A stretch of DNA of 64,000 bases, taken from positions 96,001 through 160,000 of the forward strand of contig CAVOID010000003.1 in NCBI GenBank assembly GCA_963695875.1, in the 5' to 3' direction. Below are positions 1 through 10,103 of this stretch, one piece after another; the stretch's first letter is position 1; every line of letters starts with the position of its first letter. Below the pieces are notes generated by a model. It did no database searches. It was not told the origin of the DNA and saw only the letters and a program-made list of their open reading frames with translations. This DNA comes from an uncultured delta proteobacterium (GTDB taxonomy: Bacteria > Desulfobacterota > Syntrophia > Syntrophales > UBA2185). The position numbers were made by a program, and so were the translations under genes.

Positions 1-953
1 ATGACGCAATAACAAAAGCCCTCGCCCAGGTTCAGGGCTCTTATAGTATTGTAATGCTGACCAAAGATAAGGTCATTGCTGCACGTGATCCGCGTGGCTT
101 CCGTCCATTATGCCTCGGAGAGCTCAACGGCGGGTGGGTCATTGCTTCCGAGACCTGCGCCTTCGACCTGATAGGCGCCAGATACCTGCGTGATGTAAAA
201 CCTGGCGAGATCCTGATAATTGACCAGAAAGGAGTAAGAAGCCTTACACCGTATCCTCAGGTGAGGTATGCACACTGTATCTTTGAGCTGATATATTTTG
301 CTCGGCCAGACAGCCAGGTCTTCGGACAAAATGTGTATATGTGCCGGAAACGACTCGGACACAGCCTGGCAAAGGAATGCAGGCCGGATGTGGATATTGT
401 TATGCCGTTTCCCGATTCCGGCACCTACGCCGCTCTGGGTTATGCGGAAGAGAGCGGCATCCCCTTTGAGATGGGTATGATCCGCAACCATTATGTGGGA
501 CGTACGTTCATTCAGCCGTCCCAGCCAATGAGGGACTTTAGTGTGAGGGTAAAATTGAACCCGGTGCGCCCTTTGCTTTCCGGGAAACGGGTCCTTATTG
601 TAGAGGATTCCATCATCAGGGGAACAACAAGCCGTAACCGTGTACGTAATCTCCGGGAGAGTGGTGTCAGGGAAATTCACATGGTTGTTAGCTGTCCGCC
701 AACACGTCATCCCTGTCCATACGGAATTGATTTTTCATCTAAAGGTGAGCTAATCGCCGCGCAGAGAGAATATGTTGATGCTGTTCGACGGTTTATAGGA
801 CTGGATAGTTTACATTACCTTTCTTTAGAAGGTATGGTCGAAGCGACAGGCATGGATTGCGACAGTTTCTGCCTTGCCTGCTATACGGGTGATTACCCCT
901 TGCCGCCTCCGGCGGATTTCGGGAAGTTCTGTTTCGAAACTGGGAAAACATAA
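1..953 (+). CDS. purF: Amidophosphoribosyltransferase, 5' end outside the window
   Basis: ARDPRGFRPL, CIFELIYFARPDS, PRPP-binding VEDSIIRGTTS, Fe-S cysteines in CPYGID and CLAC. Confidence 0.96.
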   Translation, partial: DAITKALAQVQGSYSIVMLTKDKVIAARDPRGFRPLCLGELNGGWVIASETCAFDLIGARYLRDVKPGEILIIDQKGVRSLTPYPQVRYAHCIFELIYFARPDSQVFGQNVYMCRKRLGHSLAKECRPDVDIVMPFPDSGTYAALGYAEESGIPFEMGMIRNHYVGRTFIQPSQPMRDFSVRVKLNPVRPLLSGKRVLIVEDSIIRGTTSRNRVRNLRESGVREIHMVVSCPPTRHPCPYGIDFSSKGELIAAQREYVDAVRRFIGLDSLHYLSLEGMVEATGMDCDSFCLACYTGDYPLPPPADFGKFCFETGKT

Positions 954-1020
954 CTATATCCCGGTCTTGTAATATTACTATTTTAGTATTACCATTATCC
1001 TGTTACTAAAAAGTGCTGAA

Positions 1021-1070
1021 CAGGAAAGTAAAACATAAGAGTGACGTCACTCATTACGTTTTACTTCCTG
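1021..1070. terminator. Long near-perfect inverted repeat between convergent genes, probable bidirectional terminator
   Basis: caggaaagtaaaacataa-gagtgac|gtcactc-attacgttttacttcctg, lying between the stops of purF and the TIM-barrel gene. Confidence 0.55.
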
Positions 1071-1106
1071 TATGGTCCGAATCTGAATGTGGTTGTTTTA
1101 TGTGTA

Positions 1107-1938
1107 CTATGCCAATTTCAGTTTCTTGAAGGATTCCACCTGCCCTCGGATACCCCTTTCAGTGGGCAGGCGCTCTATACTTGACGCTCCAAAGAAACCG
1201 GCAATGCCCGGCATGCGTCTTAAAGCCTTTCCGACACTATCGGGTTCGTCAAACGGCCCTCCATGGCAAATTACAATAATATCTTTGCGAACCTTGCGCC
1301 CGACCTCTGCGATCTCCATAACCCTAGCAATTGCATCATCCAAAGTCAGAGCAACGGCTGCCCCGATGCTTCCCGAAGTTGTAAGCCCAACGTGAGCTAC
1401 CAGTTGATCAGCGCCGGCCTTGGCCATTTCTTTGGCCTGGTCTGGTGTCAAATACGTAAGGGGAGGTAAACATGTCAAGTCCGTGTGCCAATCTGATGGT
1501 TTCTATTTCCTTGTCGTAACCCATGCCGGTGGCTTCCAGGTTGGCGCGGAAGTTACCATCAATCAGGCCAACGGTAGGGAAGTTTTGCACTCCGGAAAAA
1601 CCAATGTCTTTTAGCTGTTTAAGGAATACCGGCATCAGGCGAAATGGATCAGTGCCGCAAACACCGGCCAACACCGGAGTGTCCTTGACTACTGGCAGCA
1701 CTTCAGATGCCATTTCAACGACAATGGCGTTAGCGTCACCATAAGACATTAAACCAGCTAAAGAGCCCCGACCAGCCATACGGTAACGTCCAGAATTGTA
1801 AATGATTATGATGTCAGCTCCGCCAGCTTCAGCGAATTTAGCTGAGATGCCGGTGCCGGCACCACAGCCGACGATGGGCTTACCCGCCTTTATTTGGGAA
1901 TGCAGGCGTTTTAATATTTCTTTACGAGGGATTGCCAT
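1107..1938 (-). CDS. TIM-barrel protein of the PEP-hydrolase-like / Tm-1 C-terminal family (one frameshift near 1460)
   Basis: [25 protein letters not shown] and [12 protein letters not shown] in ORF 1408-1938; HGGP and [11 protein letters not shown] in ORF 1107-1478. Confidence 0.88.
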
Positions 1939-1971
1939 GGAAATTATCTCCTTTCCTTTTTTAAAATATTG

Positions 1972-3183
1972 TTACTTTTTAAGCATTTTTAGGAGTACAT
2001 CGGCCACTTTCTCAGAGAATTCAGGATCATTGATGTTATGGTTAATCTCAAGGTACGGGATGCCCGGTTTCAAATTCTTTTTGATGGTATCGAAGCAGGC
2101 CCGATCAGCCTCGGGATCCCAGAAAGTACCTCCCTCGCTATCCAGCATGGATACGCCTTTAAGCGGAACAAGAACAGCAACCGATGCCGTGGCAGCGTTG
2201 GCCGCGGCAGCTAACATCTCACCCATACGAATGTTTTCCTCGACATTCGTACGCAGCAGGGTAACATTGGGATTCCACTTGTAGAGATTGCGCCCCCTGT
2301 ACTTTTCGGGAACCGTTTCTATACCCCAGAAATTAGCCATATCCACGCAACCTGGAACAAGCACAGCAGGGATGCCGGTACGTGATGCGGCTAAGCAACG
2401 CTCAGGTCCGGCATTAAATACACCGCCACACACCTCGTCGGCCAATTCAGTGGTGGTGATATCCATAGAGGCCGTAATATAGCCATCGGTTATGAGGCTT
2501 TCCATTGTCTTTCCCCCGCTGCCAGTTGCGTGAAAGACGAGTACTTCATAGCCATTCTTCTCAAGGATGCCGCGCGCATGGTCGACGCACTTTGTGGTGT
2601 TGCCGAACATTGATGCCACAACCAATGGTTTTTCCTCAGCCGCCTTGGGCCTTTTTACCTTTACCATTCCTGCGATGGCACCGGCTGCATTCGCATAGAT
2701 GACTCGGCTGATCCTATTGATGCCCGCCACGTCCACGATGGAAGGAATGAATGTTATATCTTTTGTACCGGTATAAGCACTGACATCGCCTCCTCCCACC
2801 GTGGAGACCATGACCTTCGGTACGCCCACCGGCAGTGTTCGCATGGCAGCCGTTATAATCGACGTACCTCCGGTACCCCCCATACCTATGATTCCGTCAA
2901 GCTTGCCCTGTTCATAAAGCTTGCGTACTATTACCGCCAACCCGGTAGCCATGACCTTCATCGCCTCATCCTTATGATCACCTGAGGCTAAGTAGGAAAG
3001 ATCTCCGCCACCGGCTTTTGCGACTTTTTGACGGCCGATATCAGGCTTAAAGGCCGGTTTCCCCTGAACACCGAAATCGACCACCAAGGTTTCGATGTTC
3101 TGCTTTTCAATCAATTCCTTTATGAAGGCGTATTCCTTGCCTTTCGTGTCGAGTGATCCTACTATGACAACTGATTTTGACAT
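1972..3183 (-). CDS. UPF0261 / Tm-1-like ATP-binding domain protein
   Basis: GSLDTKGKE, GGTGGT, SIVDVAGINRIS, SMFGNTT, VFHATGSGG, DMANF, HNINDPEF. Confidence 0.9.
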   Translation of the reverse strand: MSKSVVIVGSLDTKGKEYAFIKELIEKQNIETLVVDFGVQGKPAFKPDIGRQKVAKAGGGDLSYLASGDHKDEAMKVMATGLAVIVRKLYEQGKLDGIIGMGGTGGTSIITAAMRTLPVGVPKVMVSTVGGGDVSAYTGTKDITFIPSIVDVAGINRISRVIYANAAGAIAGMVKVKRPKAAEEKPLVVASMFGNTTKCVDHARGILEKNGYEVLVFHATGSGGKTMESLITDGYITASMDITTTELADEVCGGVFNAGPERCLAASRTGIPAVLVPGCVDMANFWGIETVPEKYRGRNLYKWNPNVTLLRTNVEENIRMGEMLAAAANAATASVAVLVPLKGVSMLDSEGGTFWDPEADRACFDTIKKNLKPGIPYLEINHNINDPEFSEKVADVLLKMLKK

Positions 3184-3601
3184 ATTACCCCCCTCCTTTT
3201 TTTGTTATTCGATTGTTTGTTCAGATTACCGATTAAATATCGCGGCAACATCTTTTGGGCCGAGTAGATCAGGTTTATTATTGTAATTAACAGGTTACAT
3301 GTAATATTTTCTGCTATAGATAGCGGTAAAGTGGGAAATTTTTACTATATTAGAATTTGTAGCAGATAATAATATCAATTTCCACTCAAATACTTGCGTC
3401 TTTGCAATATTTAGATTTAATTATTACCGTTGCTGAGGATTACTGATTGAAAGTTTGTATCTCTTAGTATCTCCCACAAATTAACGACTAAAGGAAGACA
3501 TGCTCATTCAGTATGGAAGTGATGAGAAGGTATCGTTTGTATGAAGAGGGGTTACTGTATGCGATATGCCTTATGCAGCATCTATCTGTAACACGTAGAT
3601 G

Positions 3602-4705
3602 CTAAAAGGGCTGCATATCGAGCGGCTGTACCGGCTCAGTAAAATAGCGATGGAATGAAGTGGGTAGCAGGCGATAGTCCGCCTCCAGTGCTCCGGGCGG
3701 GAAGGGCCGGGAGTTTTTCGTATGCCAGAAGAGCATGGGTCCATGACCGTCGCTCCGCGCATCTGCAATGAATGCCGCGCAGGCCTTACCTGTGTAAGTA
3801 CCATCAAGTGCAATCCCATCGCTTTCCAGAAGAAGTGCCACTGCCACCATGGCTTCTGGAGTAAACACGCCGTATTTTTCGCCAAAATATTCATGGCACA
3901 TCGTGAGTTCCTCCGGCTCTACCTTACACAATGGGAAGGATGGTTCCAGTTCACAGAGTAGCTCATTGGTTTCACGAAAAAGGATGCGGCATTTGTCCAT
4001 ATCGGCCACGTGGGTGGGCACCACGCGTACAGCACGAAGATGTGTCTTGACCCCTGCTGCCTTTAATCCAAGCAACAGCCCAGCGGTCGTTCCCATGGTG
4101 CCAAGAGCAAGGAAGATACGGGATGGCAGGGGAATCTCGCCTGCGGCGATCTGTTCGGCCAGTTCAAATCCTGCGTTCACGTAGCCGATCGCTCCTACTG
4201 GCGAAGAACCGCCGAGCGGTATGATATAGGGCTCTCTACCATCGGCAACCTCATAATGTCGAACGGCCTCCTCAAATGCCTGCACGTGTTCCTGGTAGGT
4301 GTCGTGGTGAAAGAGTTCAGCTTTGCTATAAAGATCCATGAGCAGATTGTCCCGTACTGCATGGGAATTAGGTTGTTGGTAGAGCATAAGCACGGCCTGC
4401 AATCCCACTTGTTTTGCATAGAGCGCTGTAGCCAAGGCATGATTCGATCCGGCCCCGCCGGAGGTGATGATCTTCTTTGCACCACGCTTCTGTGCATCCG
4501 CCAGCAGGAATTCTAACTTTCGCACCTTGTTGCCTCCGTAAGAGCGGCTGCTCAGGTCATCACGTTTGATGTACAGGTTGTTTCTATTTATACGTCGACA
4601 GAGACCCGTAAGCTTTTCCGCGGGCGTCGGAAAGTCGCCAAACGCTAGCCGGGGCAGTCTCTTGGCAAGGAGAGGATATCTTTCAAACAGGGGGATCATC
4701 ATGCC
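3602..4705 (-). CDS. PLP-dependent D-cysteine desulfhydrase / ACC-deaminase family enzyme
   Basis: KRDD..GGNKVRKLE (PLP lysine), SNH, and LDGTYTGKA, which has Thr where true ACC deaminases have Glu. Confidence 0.85.
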   Translation of the reverse strand, partial: GMMIPLFERYPLLAKRLPRLAFGDFPTPAEKLTGLCRRINRNNLYIKRDDLSSRSYGGNKVRKLEFLLADAQKRGAKKIITSGGAGSNHALATALYAKQVGLQAVLMLYQQPNSHAVRDNLLMDLYSKAELFHHDTYQEHVQAFEEAVRHYEVADGREPYIIPLGGSSPVGAIGYVNAGFELAEQIAAGEIPLPSRIFLALGTMGTTAGLLLGLKAAGVKTHLRAVRVVPTHVADMDKCRILFRETNELLCELEPSFPLCKVEPEELTMCHEYFGEKYGVFTPEAMVAVALLLESDGIALDGTYTGKACAAFIADARSDGHGPMLFWHTKNSRPFPPGALEADYRLLPTSFHRYFTEPVQPLDMQPF

Positions 4706-5502
4706 ATCAGTTCTCCTCGGCAGATCATCCAAAAATCGTCTGAGAGATTTCTGTCTGCAAGATACTTATAAGGCATGGTAAAATAGCCTTTAATACCCCA
4801 TGATGTTCCCCAAGAATTGCGTACGATGAACCGCTGCCGGGAATCATTGTAGCCAACGGCCATTACTGCATGCCCGCCCATTACCTGCTCGCTGCGTTTT
4901 GGCATATTCACTATGCCGGTACGCGCCACCTCCGGAGATTCGAAACTCTCATACACTGTGAATCCAAAGACAAACGGGAACCCTTCGGCCAGGCATGCGC
5001 GCATCTCGTCCAGCGTGAGAATGCGGTGATAAGAGATTATCTGGTGCTTCAAGGCTTCCTTATAGCATGCAGCACTCGGCTTTACAGTGAATTTACTTAT
5101 CTTATAAGGCCATCTCTTCTCTGAACACACGCCTTGTTTAGCGAGGGTCTTGATTCCGTCACGGAGCATGGCGCCGGAGTCGGATTTGATAGTATGTTCA
5201 AGGGCACGCTCATTGTAGTAAATAAAGAGCCTGCTGAAATCCATAAAAGGGACCTTATCCTTTCGTTCCAGAAATTCCAATGCCCCTGCAAGGGCATTGG
5301 CTGTGCAACTGCCCAATTGTCCCTGGTCTTCGATTTCTGAACAAAGCCTTCTCAGGTCTACGGAAGGGGGCAGCTTGGCAGGTATGCGGAGTATAGCACT
5401 GAGCAGATAGTCGCGCTGATCCGGTACATCAGGCACCCATCCATAGCCTAGTTTCTTAATTTTACTCTTCTTTGATTTAGATACTCCTTTCTTTGCTGCC
5501 AT
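4699..5502 (-). CDS. Papain-family (C1) cysteine peptidase, xylellain-like
   Basis: DQGQLGSCTA (catalytic Cys), GGHAV (His), RNSWG (Asn), N-terminal GWVPD..DQRD. Confidence 0.93.
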   Translation of the reverse strand: MAAKKGVSKSKKSKIKKLGYGWVPDVPDQRDYLLSAILRIPAKLPPSVDLRRLCSEIEDQGQLGSCTANALAGALEFLERKDKVPFMDFSRLFIYYNERALEHTIKSDSGAMLRDGIKTLAKQGVCSEKRWPYKISKFTVKPSAACYKEALKHQIISYHRILTLDEMRACLAEGFPFVFGFTVYESFESPEVARTGIVNMPKRSEQVMGGHAVMAVGYNDSRQRFIVRNSWGTSWGIKGYFTMPYKYLADRNLSDDFWMICRGELMA

Positions 5503-5765
5503 AAGTACCTCCTTTTGGATGTAGATTCATGACTCTATTAAACCAAAACATCTTCTAAACCCAGGATTTCTTCGCACTGTAAAAAATCTCTCTGGTCAAA
5601 CATAATATGAAATATATACCGAGTTCTAAATGATTAAACAATATTTGAAGCAACCTTATAGTGTTTCTTAAAAAGTGCAATACTGAAAAAATACAGTTAT
5701 AATACGAGCATAAACCCGTATTACAGGAGAATAACAGAGAATGGCTATCTTTCAAACATGGTGGA

Positions 5766-6619
5766 TTATGCTAATTCAACCATGTATTCGACAATAAACT
5801 TTATTGCTTCTGCTGCACCTAACGGTAAAGAAATGTCCTGCTCACGCGGAACTTTGTAATCACGAGGATTAATTCGAATCAGAGTCGCGTTATGGGCTCT
5901 CGCCGCCTGTTCTGAGAGGTTGCGAACCGTTGAAACCGCGTTTCCCGCTCCGATTTCAACAATCGCAATATGTAAGCCTTTGGTAGATACTTCCTGGAGC
6001 CATCTGAGGAGTCTTCCCCTCTGAAGATCTGTTCGTCTGTGCATTCCACGACCAGTCACCGAACATCAGGATATTGGGCCGGGCGTATCTCGCCGCAGTT
6101 TCTGCAGCGGGGAAGGGGTTCCAGCGCCTCAAACATTTCTTCGTCTACATTCACATTGATTTCGCTCGCATCCCAGATATCATCGCTGCACGGCCGAATG
6201 CACTGAAAATAATGGATGGATCCGTGACATTCTTCGATCTGGCTGTCGTCATATCCGGCCTTCTGAAACTGTCCGTCTACGTTGGATGTAAAGACGAAAT
6301 ATCCTCCGTTTTTCTGTCGAGCTATGTCGAGCAATTGTGTGAACCCGGTGTGGGGTGCGGTTCTTCTGTAAAGGTTGAGGCGGTGTCCGTAAAACGCCCA
6401 TGCCAGTTTGGGATCGCGGTGAAACCAATGGGGGTTTGCCATCTCGACAAAGGATTTGCCCAGTTTTGCTATTGGTGGATATGCTTTCCAGAATCCTTCA
6501 TTGCCTCTGAAGTCCGGCAGTCCTGAATCAACGCCAATACCGGCTCCCGCAGATATCAGAAGCGCATCCGCATTTTTCAGTATTTTTGCAGCCTTTATCA
6601 AACTCTTTCTGAATGTCAT
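5766..6619 (-). CDS. Sir2-family NAD-dependent deacylase (two indels near 6030-6090)
   Basis: GAGIGVDSGLPDFRG, TSNVDG, HGS, zinc cysteines; ARPNILMFGD restored by shifting frame; EIGAG and RINP in ORF 5766-6059. Confidence 0.88.
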
Positions 6620-6673
6620 CGGCTAACAAAGAAAGTCAAAATAGAATTTAGGTCGAATTGGCGATTTATTCAG

Positions 6674-6710
6674 AAAACAAAAGGGGCTCTTGATTTCTCA
6701 GAGCCCCTTT
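6674..6710 (-). terminator. Rho-independent terminator
   Basis: Minus strand aaaggggctctgagaaatcaagagccccttttgtttt, a GC stem plus U tract downstream of the Lys/Glu-rich ORF. Confidence 0.8.
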
Positions 6711-6747
6711 CGAATGATTTCTTATACGAAGATAAGGATGAAGTAAG

Positions 6748-6977
6748 TTATTTCTTTCGGTTCTTCCTTCTTCATCTTCTTCCTTCTTCTCTTCCTTCTT
6801 CTCTGCCTTCTTAGCCTTCTTGGCCTTCTTTACCTTCTTCTTCTCTTCCTTAGCCGGCTTCTTCTCTTCCATCTTCTTCTCTTCCTTTGGTGCTGCCGCC
6901 GGAGCCTGTGCGAAGCAGAGACCGGTCATAGAAAGTGCAAAGAGAATAGAAATAATAATTGACATCAGTTTCTTCAT
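6748..6977 (-). CDS. Small exported Lys/Glu/Ala-rich low-complexity protein (3' end probably affected by indels)
   Basis: Strong RBS (aggaggtg), signal peptide MKKLMSIIISILFALSMTGLCFA, KEEKK and KKAKKA repeats; a TAA at 6748 precedes the terminator whereas the called ORF runs through it. Confidence 0.7.
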
Positions 6978-7014
6978 TCATTTCACCTCCTTTCGGTTAG
7001 TTTTCTTCTAATTT

Positions 7015-7030
7015 AGCAAGATCTATTCCA
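7015..7030 (-). promoter_or_regulatory. Sigma-54 (-24/-12) promoter
   Basis: Minus strand TGGAATAGATCTTGCT, GG-N10-GC, about 40 bp upstream of the start at 6977. Confidence 0.7.
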
Positions 7031-7106
7031 CAATAAAAATAAATAAAAACTATCAGTGATAATAATATGTTACTAAAATGTCAGAATGGAATATGCCTTC
7101 TCCACT

Positions 7107-7143
7107 GAGGAAGTATTCCCCTTCCTTTGGGGAATAATTCCCT
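7107..7143. promoter_or_regulatory. Tandem palindromic sites, probable upstream activator sequence for a sigma-54 activator
   Basis: gaggaa-gta-ttcccc (7107-7121) and ggggaa-taa-ttccct (7129-7143), 22 bp apart and about 80-110 bp upstream of the -24 element. Confidence 0.55.
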
Positions 7144-7168
7144 AACGGGAAGGTGACATTGATGTTAA

Positions 7169-7682
7169 TCATGACCACTTGTTGTGATGAATTCTTGAGG
7201 AATCAAATCGAACTGCAGGAGGTTTATCTTCTGCAGGATAACCGATGGGAATAATAGCTAGCGGTATTACATTATCAGGAATATTCAGGAGTTTTCTTAT
7301 GCCATCAACACGTTCTGTTCTTGGGTAGATACCAAGCCAGACTGTTCCCAATCCTTTCGCCTGGGCGGCAATAAGAATATTTTCTGTCGCTGCGGAACAA
7401 TCCTGTATCCAGAAATCCTTATGGACCTCTAGTTTTAGGTCCCCGCAAACCAGAATTGCCACTGAGGCCGTATTCAGTGCCTGAGAGTACGGATGGATCT
7501 TGGGAATTTCATCGAGGATTTTCCGGTCTTTGATAACAATGAAATGCCAGGGCTGTTCGTTGCCAGCCGATGGAGCACTCATGGCAGCTTCCAATATTTC
7601 TTTCACAACACTGTCAGGCACCTGTTTGTTTGTGTATTTACGAATGCTCCTTCTTGAAAGAATTGTCTTCCATCGCGTCCAT
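7169..7682 (-). CDS. Nitroreductase family protein (indel near the 5' end)
   Basis: ILSRRSIRKY, AMSAPSAGNEQPWHF, DCSAATENIL, GLGTVWLG. Confidence 0.9.
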
Positions 7683-7714
7683 TTACATCACCTCATTTCT
7701 TTCTATAAATTTAT

Positions 7715-8104
7715 CTATCGGCGGCCGTTACAATCAGATTTGCCTTTGCCATAACTCCCTGTCTCTTCGCTTTTGAGAGTGCCCCCTTCAAAAGTGAGAA
7801 CGTAAATGAAATCATTTTCCCCACAATTATAATACCACTTTTCAACCGGTTTCTTTTTTTCCTTCGATAAGTACGTGCGTTTGGCATCACTGCTCTCATC
7901 TTTCTCCTTTTCGACTGTCCTGTAATGCTTGCCTTTTTTAACCTTTACCTTTTCCTTCGAGGTAGGTTTGCCGCATTCCGAGAGTACCTTCACCTTCGAG
8001 TCTCCGACACTGACAAAACCGTCACCGCATCTAAAGGCAAAACAATCAACACTTCCTGATATAAAGGATGCTACGAACAATATTAAAATAATTTTTTTTG
8101 TCAT
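7715..8104 (-). CDS. Exported DUF2845-like protein
   Basis: Signal peptide, FRCG..FVSVGDS..VL..CGKP, VEKWYYNCG. Confidence 0.7.
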   Translation of the reverse strand: MTKKIILILFVASFISGSVDCFAFRCGDGFVSVGDSKVKVLSECGKPTSKEKVKVKKGKHYRTVEKEKDESSDAKRTYLSKEKKKPVEKWYYNCGENDFIYVLTFEGGTLKSEETGSYGKGKSDCNGRR

Positions 8105-8254
8105 AAAGGATTATCTCTCCTAATCTCTGATTACGCTCAGTACTTGAAAAGAGGCATCATATAATTTGAGAGCAGTGGCAGATCGTTTTCAAAGCATACC
8201 CATGCATCTGCCATTCGTTACAAAGCATTTAAGTTATTGCCTTGCACTAAGGCA

Positions 8255-8419
8255 TTAACTTTTCCTGCTGGTCTTGGTCGTAAACAGGGAGATCTGCTGT
8301 TTTACCTTCTTGCTTTTGCATTTCGGACATGTGACTTTGCCTTTATCATGTTCGCTGAAACTCTGTATCAATGAAAACTCTTTTTTGCAGGCTTCGCAGA
8401 GATACTCATACGTTGGCAT
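8255..8419 (-). CDS. FmdB-family zinc-ribbon protein, 54 aa (absent from the ORF track)
   Basis: Read manually: MPTYEYLCEACKKEF...VTCPKCKSKKVKQQIS; RBS ggaggtg. Confidence 0.88.
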   Translation of the reverse strand: MPTYEYLCEACKKEFSLIQSFSEHDKGKVTCPKCKSKKVKQQISLFTTKTSRKS

Positions 8420-8583
8420 GTTTCTCACCTCCATATTAGAATTATTGATATTGCTATTTTTGATTTATATTTTAATTAAATAGGATATATTGTCAAGCAT
8501 TGTAGATGAAAAAATAAAAAATATTGCATGTCTTTCGTCATAACATTCTTCTCATACAAGCCGAAAGGAGCTCTCAAAATACT

Positions 8584-9040
8584 ATGTCCAGGATATTAAT
8601 TATATATCACTCGCAGACAGGAAACACTGAAAAGATGGCTTATGCTGTCACAGACGGCGCCAGGATAATTGAAAATACGGAGGTTGTCCTGAAAAGAGCG
8701 CAGGATGCTACCCTCGATGATCTTTTAGGATCGGACGGATTAGCTATCGGTACACCGGAAAACTTTGGTTATATGTCAGGCATGGTCAAGGATTTTTTTG
8801 ACAGGACATTTTATCCCGCCCAGGATCAAGTTTTCAGAAAACCGTATGTCGTTTTTATCAGTGCGGGTAACGACGGCACCGGTGCTCTCAGAGCCATCGA
8901 GCGTATCGCGCAGGGCTACAAATTTAAAATGGTGTATGAACCTGTCATCTCCAGAGGGAAAGTTAACCGAGGATGACCTTGCAAAGTGTCGTGAACTGGG
9001 AAGTGTTCTCGCGGCCGGATGTCAGGCGGGAATTTATTAA
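8584..9040 (+). CDS. Flavodoxin-like / NAD(P)H-dependent FMN-binding protein (frameshift near 8960)
   Basis: YHSQTGNTEKMA, GTPENFGYMSGMVKDFFDR, SAGNDGTGA, C-terminal CRELG. Confidence 0.85.
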
Positions 9041-9054
9041 AGTCAGTCTTAAGA

Positions 9055-10081
9055 CTACTCTTTGCGGCTCAATGACCACCTTGAGAGAATCTCCACCTTC
9101 CGCAACGAGCTGGAACCCGATCCCGGTTTTTTCCAGAGGCAATCGATGGGTGATCATCTTATTTACGGGCACACGGCCGGATCTGATAAGCTCTATGGCA
9201 ACTGCAGCATCTAGGGGGCTGTTTCCATATGACGGCATCATCTTTATTTCATTGCGCCAGAAATCATTTATGGGCACGGGCAACTCTACCCCGGGTTCCG
9301 TTGTGGCAAAGCATAGGATCGTTCCACCGCGATCCACGGACTTCAGGGCCTGCGTGAAAGCGGAAAGAACCCCGGCACAGACAACGACAAGATCGGCAAG
9401 TCTCCCATTATTGATCTGCCGGACACGCTCAGGGATGTCTTCTGAGGCGTGCATGACAGCATCCGCTCCGAATTCCCTCGCCATTTGCAGCCGATAGTCG
9501 CTGATATCCGTAGCAATAATACGTCCCGCCCCAAGGCTGCGAGCCACGAGCAGGTGGAGAAGTCCTGATATGCCACTGCCCAGAATGAGTATGGATTGAC
9601 CCGGCTGCAGATTTGCCACTCTCTGACCGCGGACGACACAGGCCAGCGGCTCGATGAAAACACCCTCTTCAAAGGAAACCCCAGCCGGTAGCAGAAACAC
9701 TCCGCGATCCACATTGAGCGCAGGCACTCTGATGTATTCGGCAAAGCCGCCGGGGTCATAATTTGTCGTGTGCAATGTCTCACAGGCTGTGTGATATCCG
9801 CTGAGGCAGTAGTGACAGGTATTGCAGGGGATATGGTGGGAAACGAAAACTCTGTCACCAATTTTATAACGCGACACTCCTTTCCCTGTCTCTGTTATCT
9901 CACCAGCGATTTCATGGCCTAAAACCAACGGCGCCTTCCGAATACGATACCACTCCATAACATCAGAGCCACATATACCGCTCGCTACAACCTTAACCAG
10001 AATCTCACCGGGGCCGATCTTGGGCGTTGGCATCTCTTCCAGCCTCACGTCCCTGTTGTTATAGTACATTGCCACACGCAT
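9055..10081 (-). CDS. Zinc-dependent (MDR) polyol/alcohol dehydrogenase
   Basis: GICGSD, GHE, CxxCxxC-x7-C, GSGISG; the true stop is probably TAG at 9055 because the called tail overlaps the convergent gene. Confidence 0.88.
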
Positions 10082-10103
10082 CTTGCTTGACCGCTTTATC
10101 AAA

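Noticed and set aside
1028..1064. dif-like site within the palindrome
   Set aside because: The arms resemble the XerD half-site only loosely, the spacer is about 15 bp rather than 6, and the window is origin-proximal
5766..6619. Sir2 gene as an anti-phage NADase
   Set aside because: It has the zinc-binding insert and HGS motif of ordinary sirtuin deacylases and no defence partner genes
6750..6890. ttc/cttctt tandem repeats as a CRISPR array or microsatellite
   Set aside because: They encode the Lys/Glu-rich protein; there is no repeat-spacer structure and no cas gene
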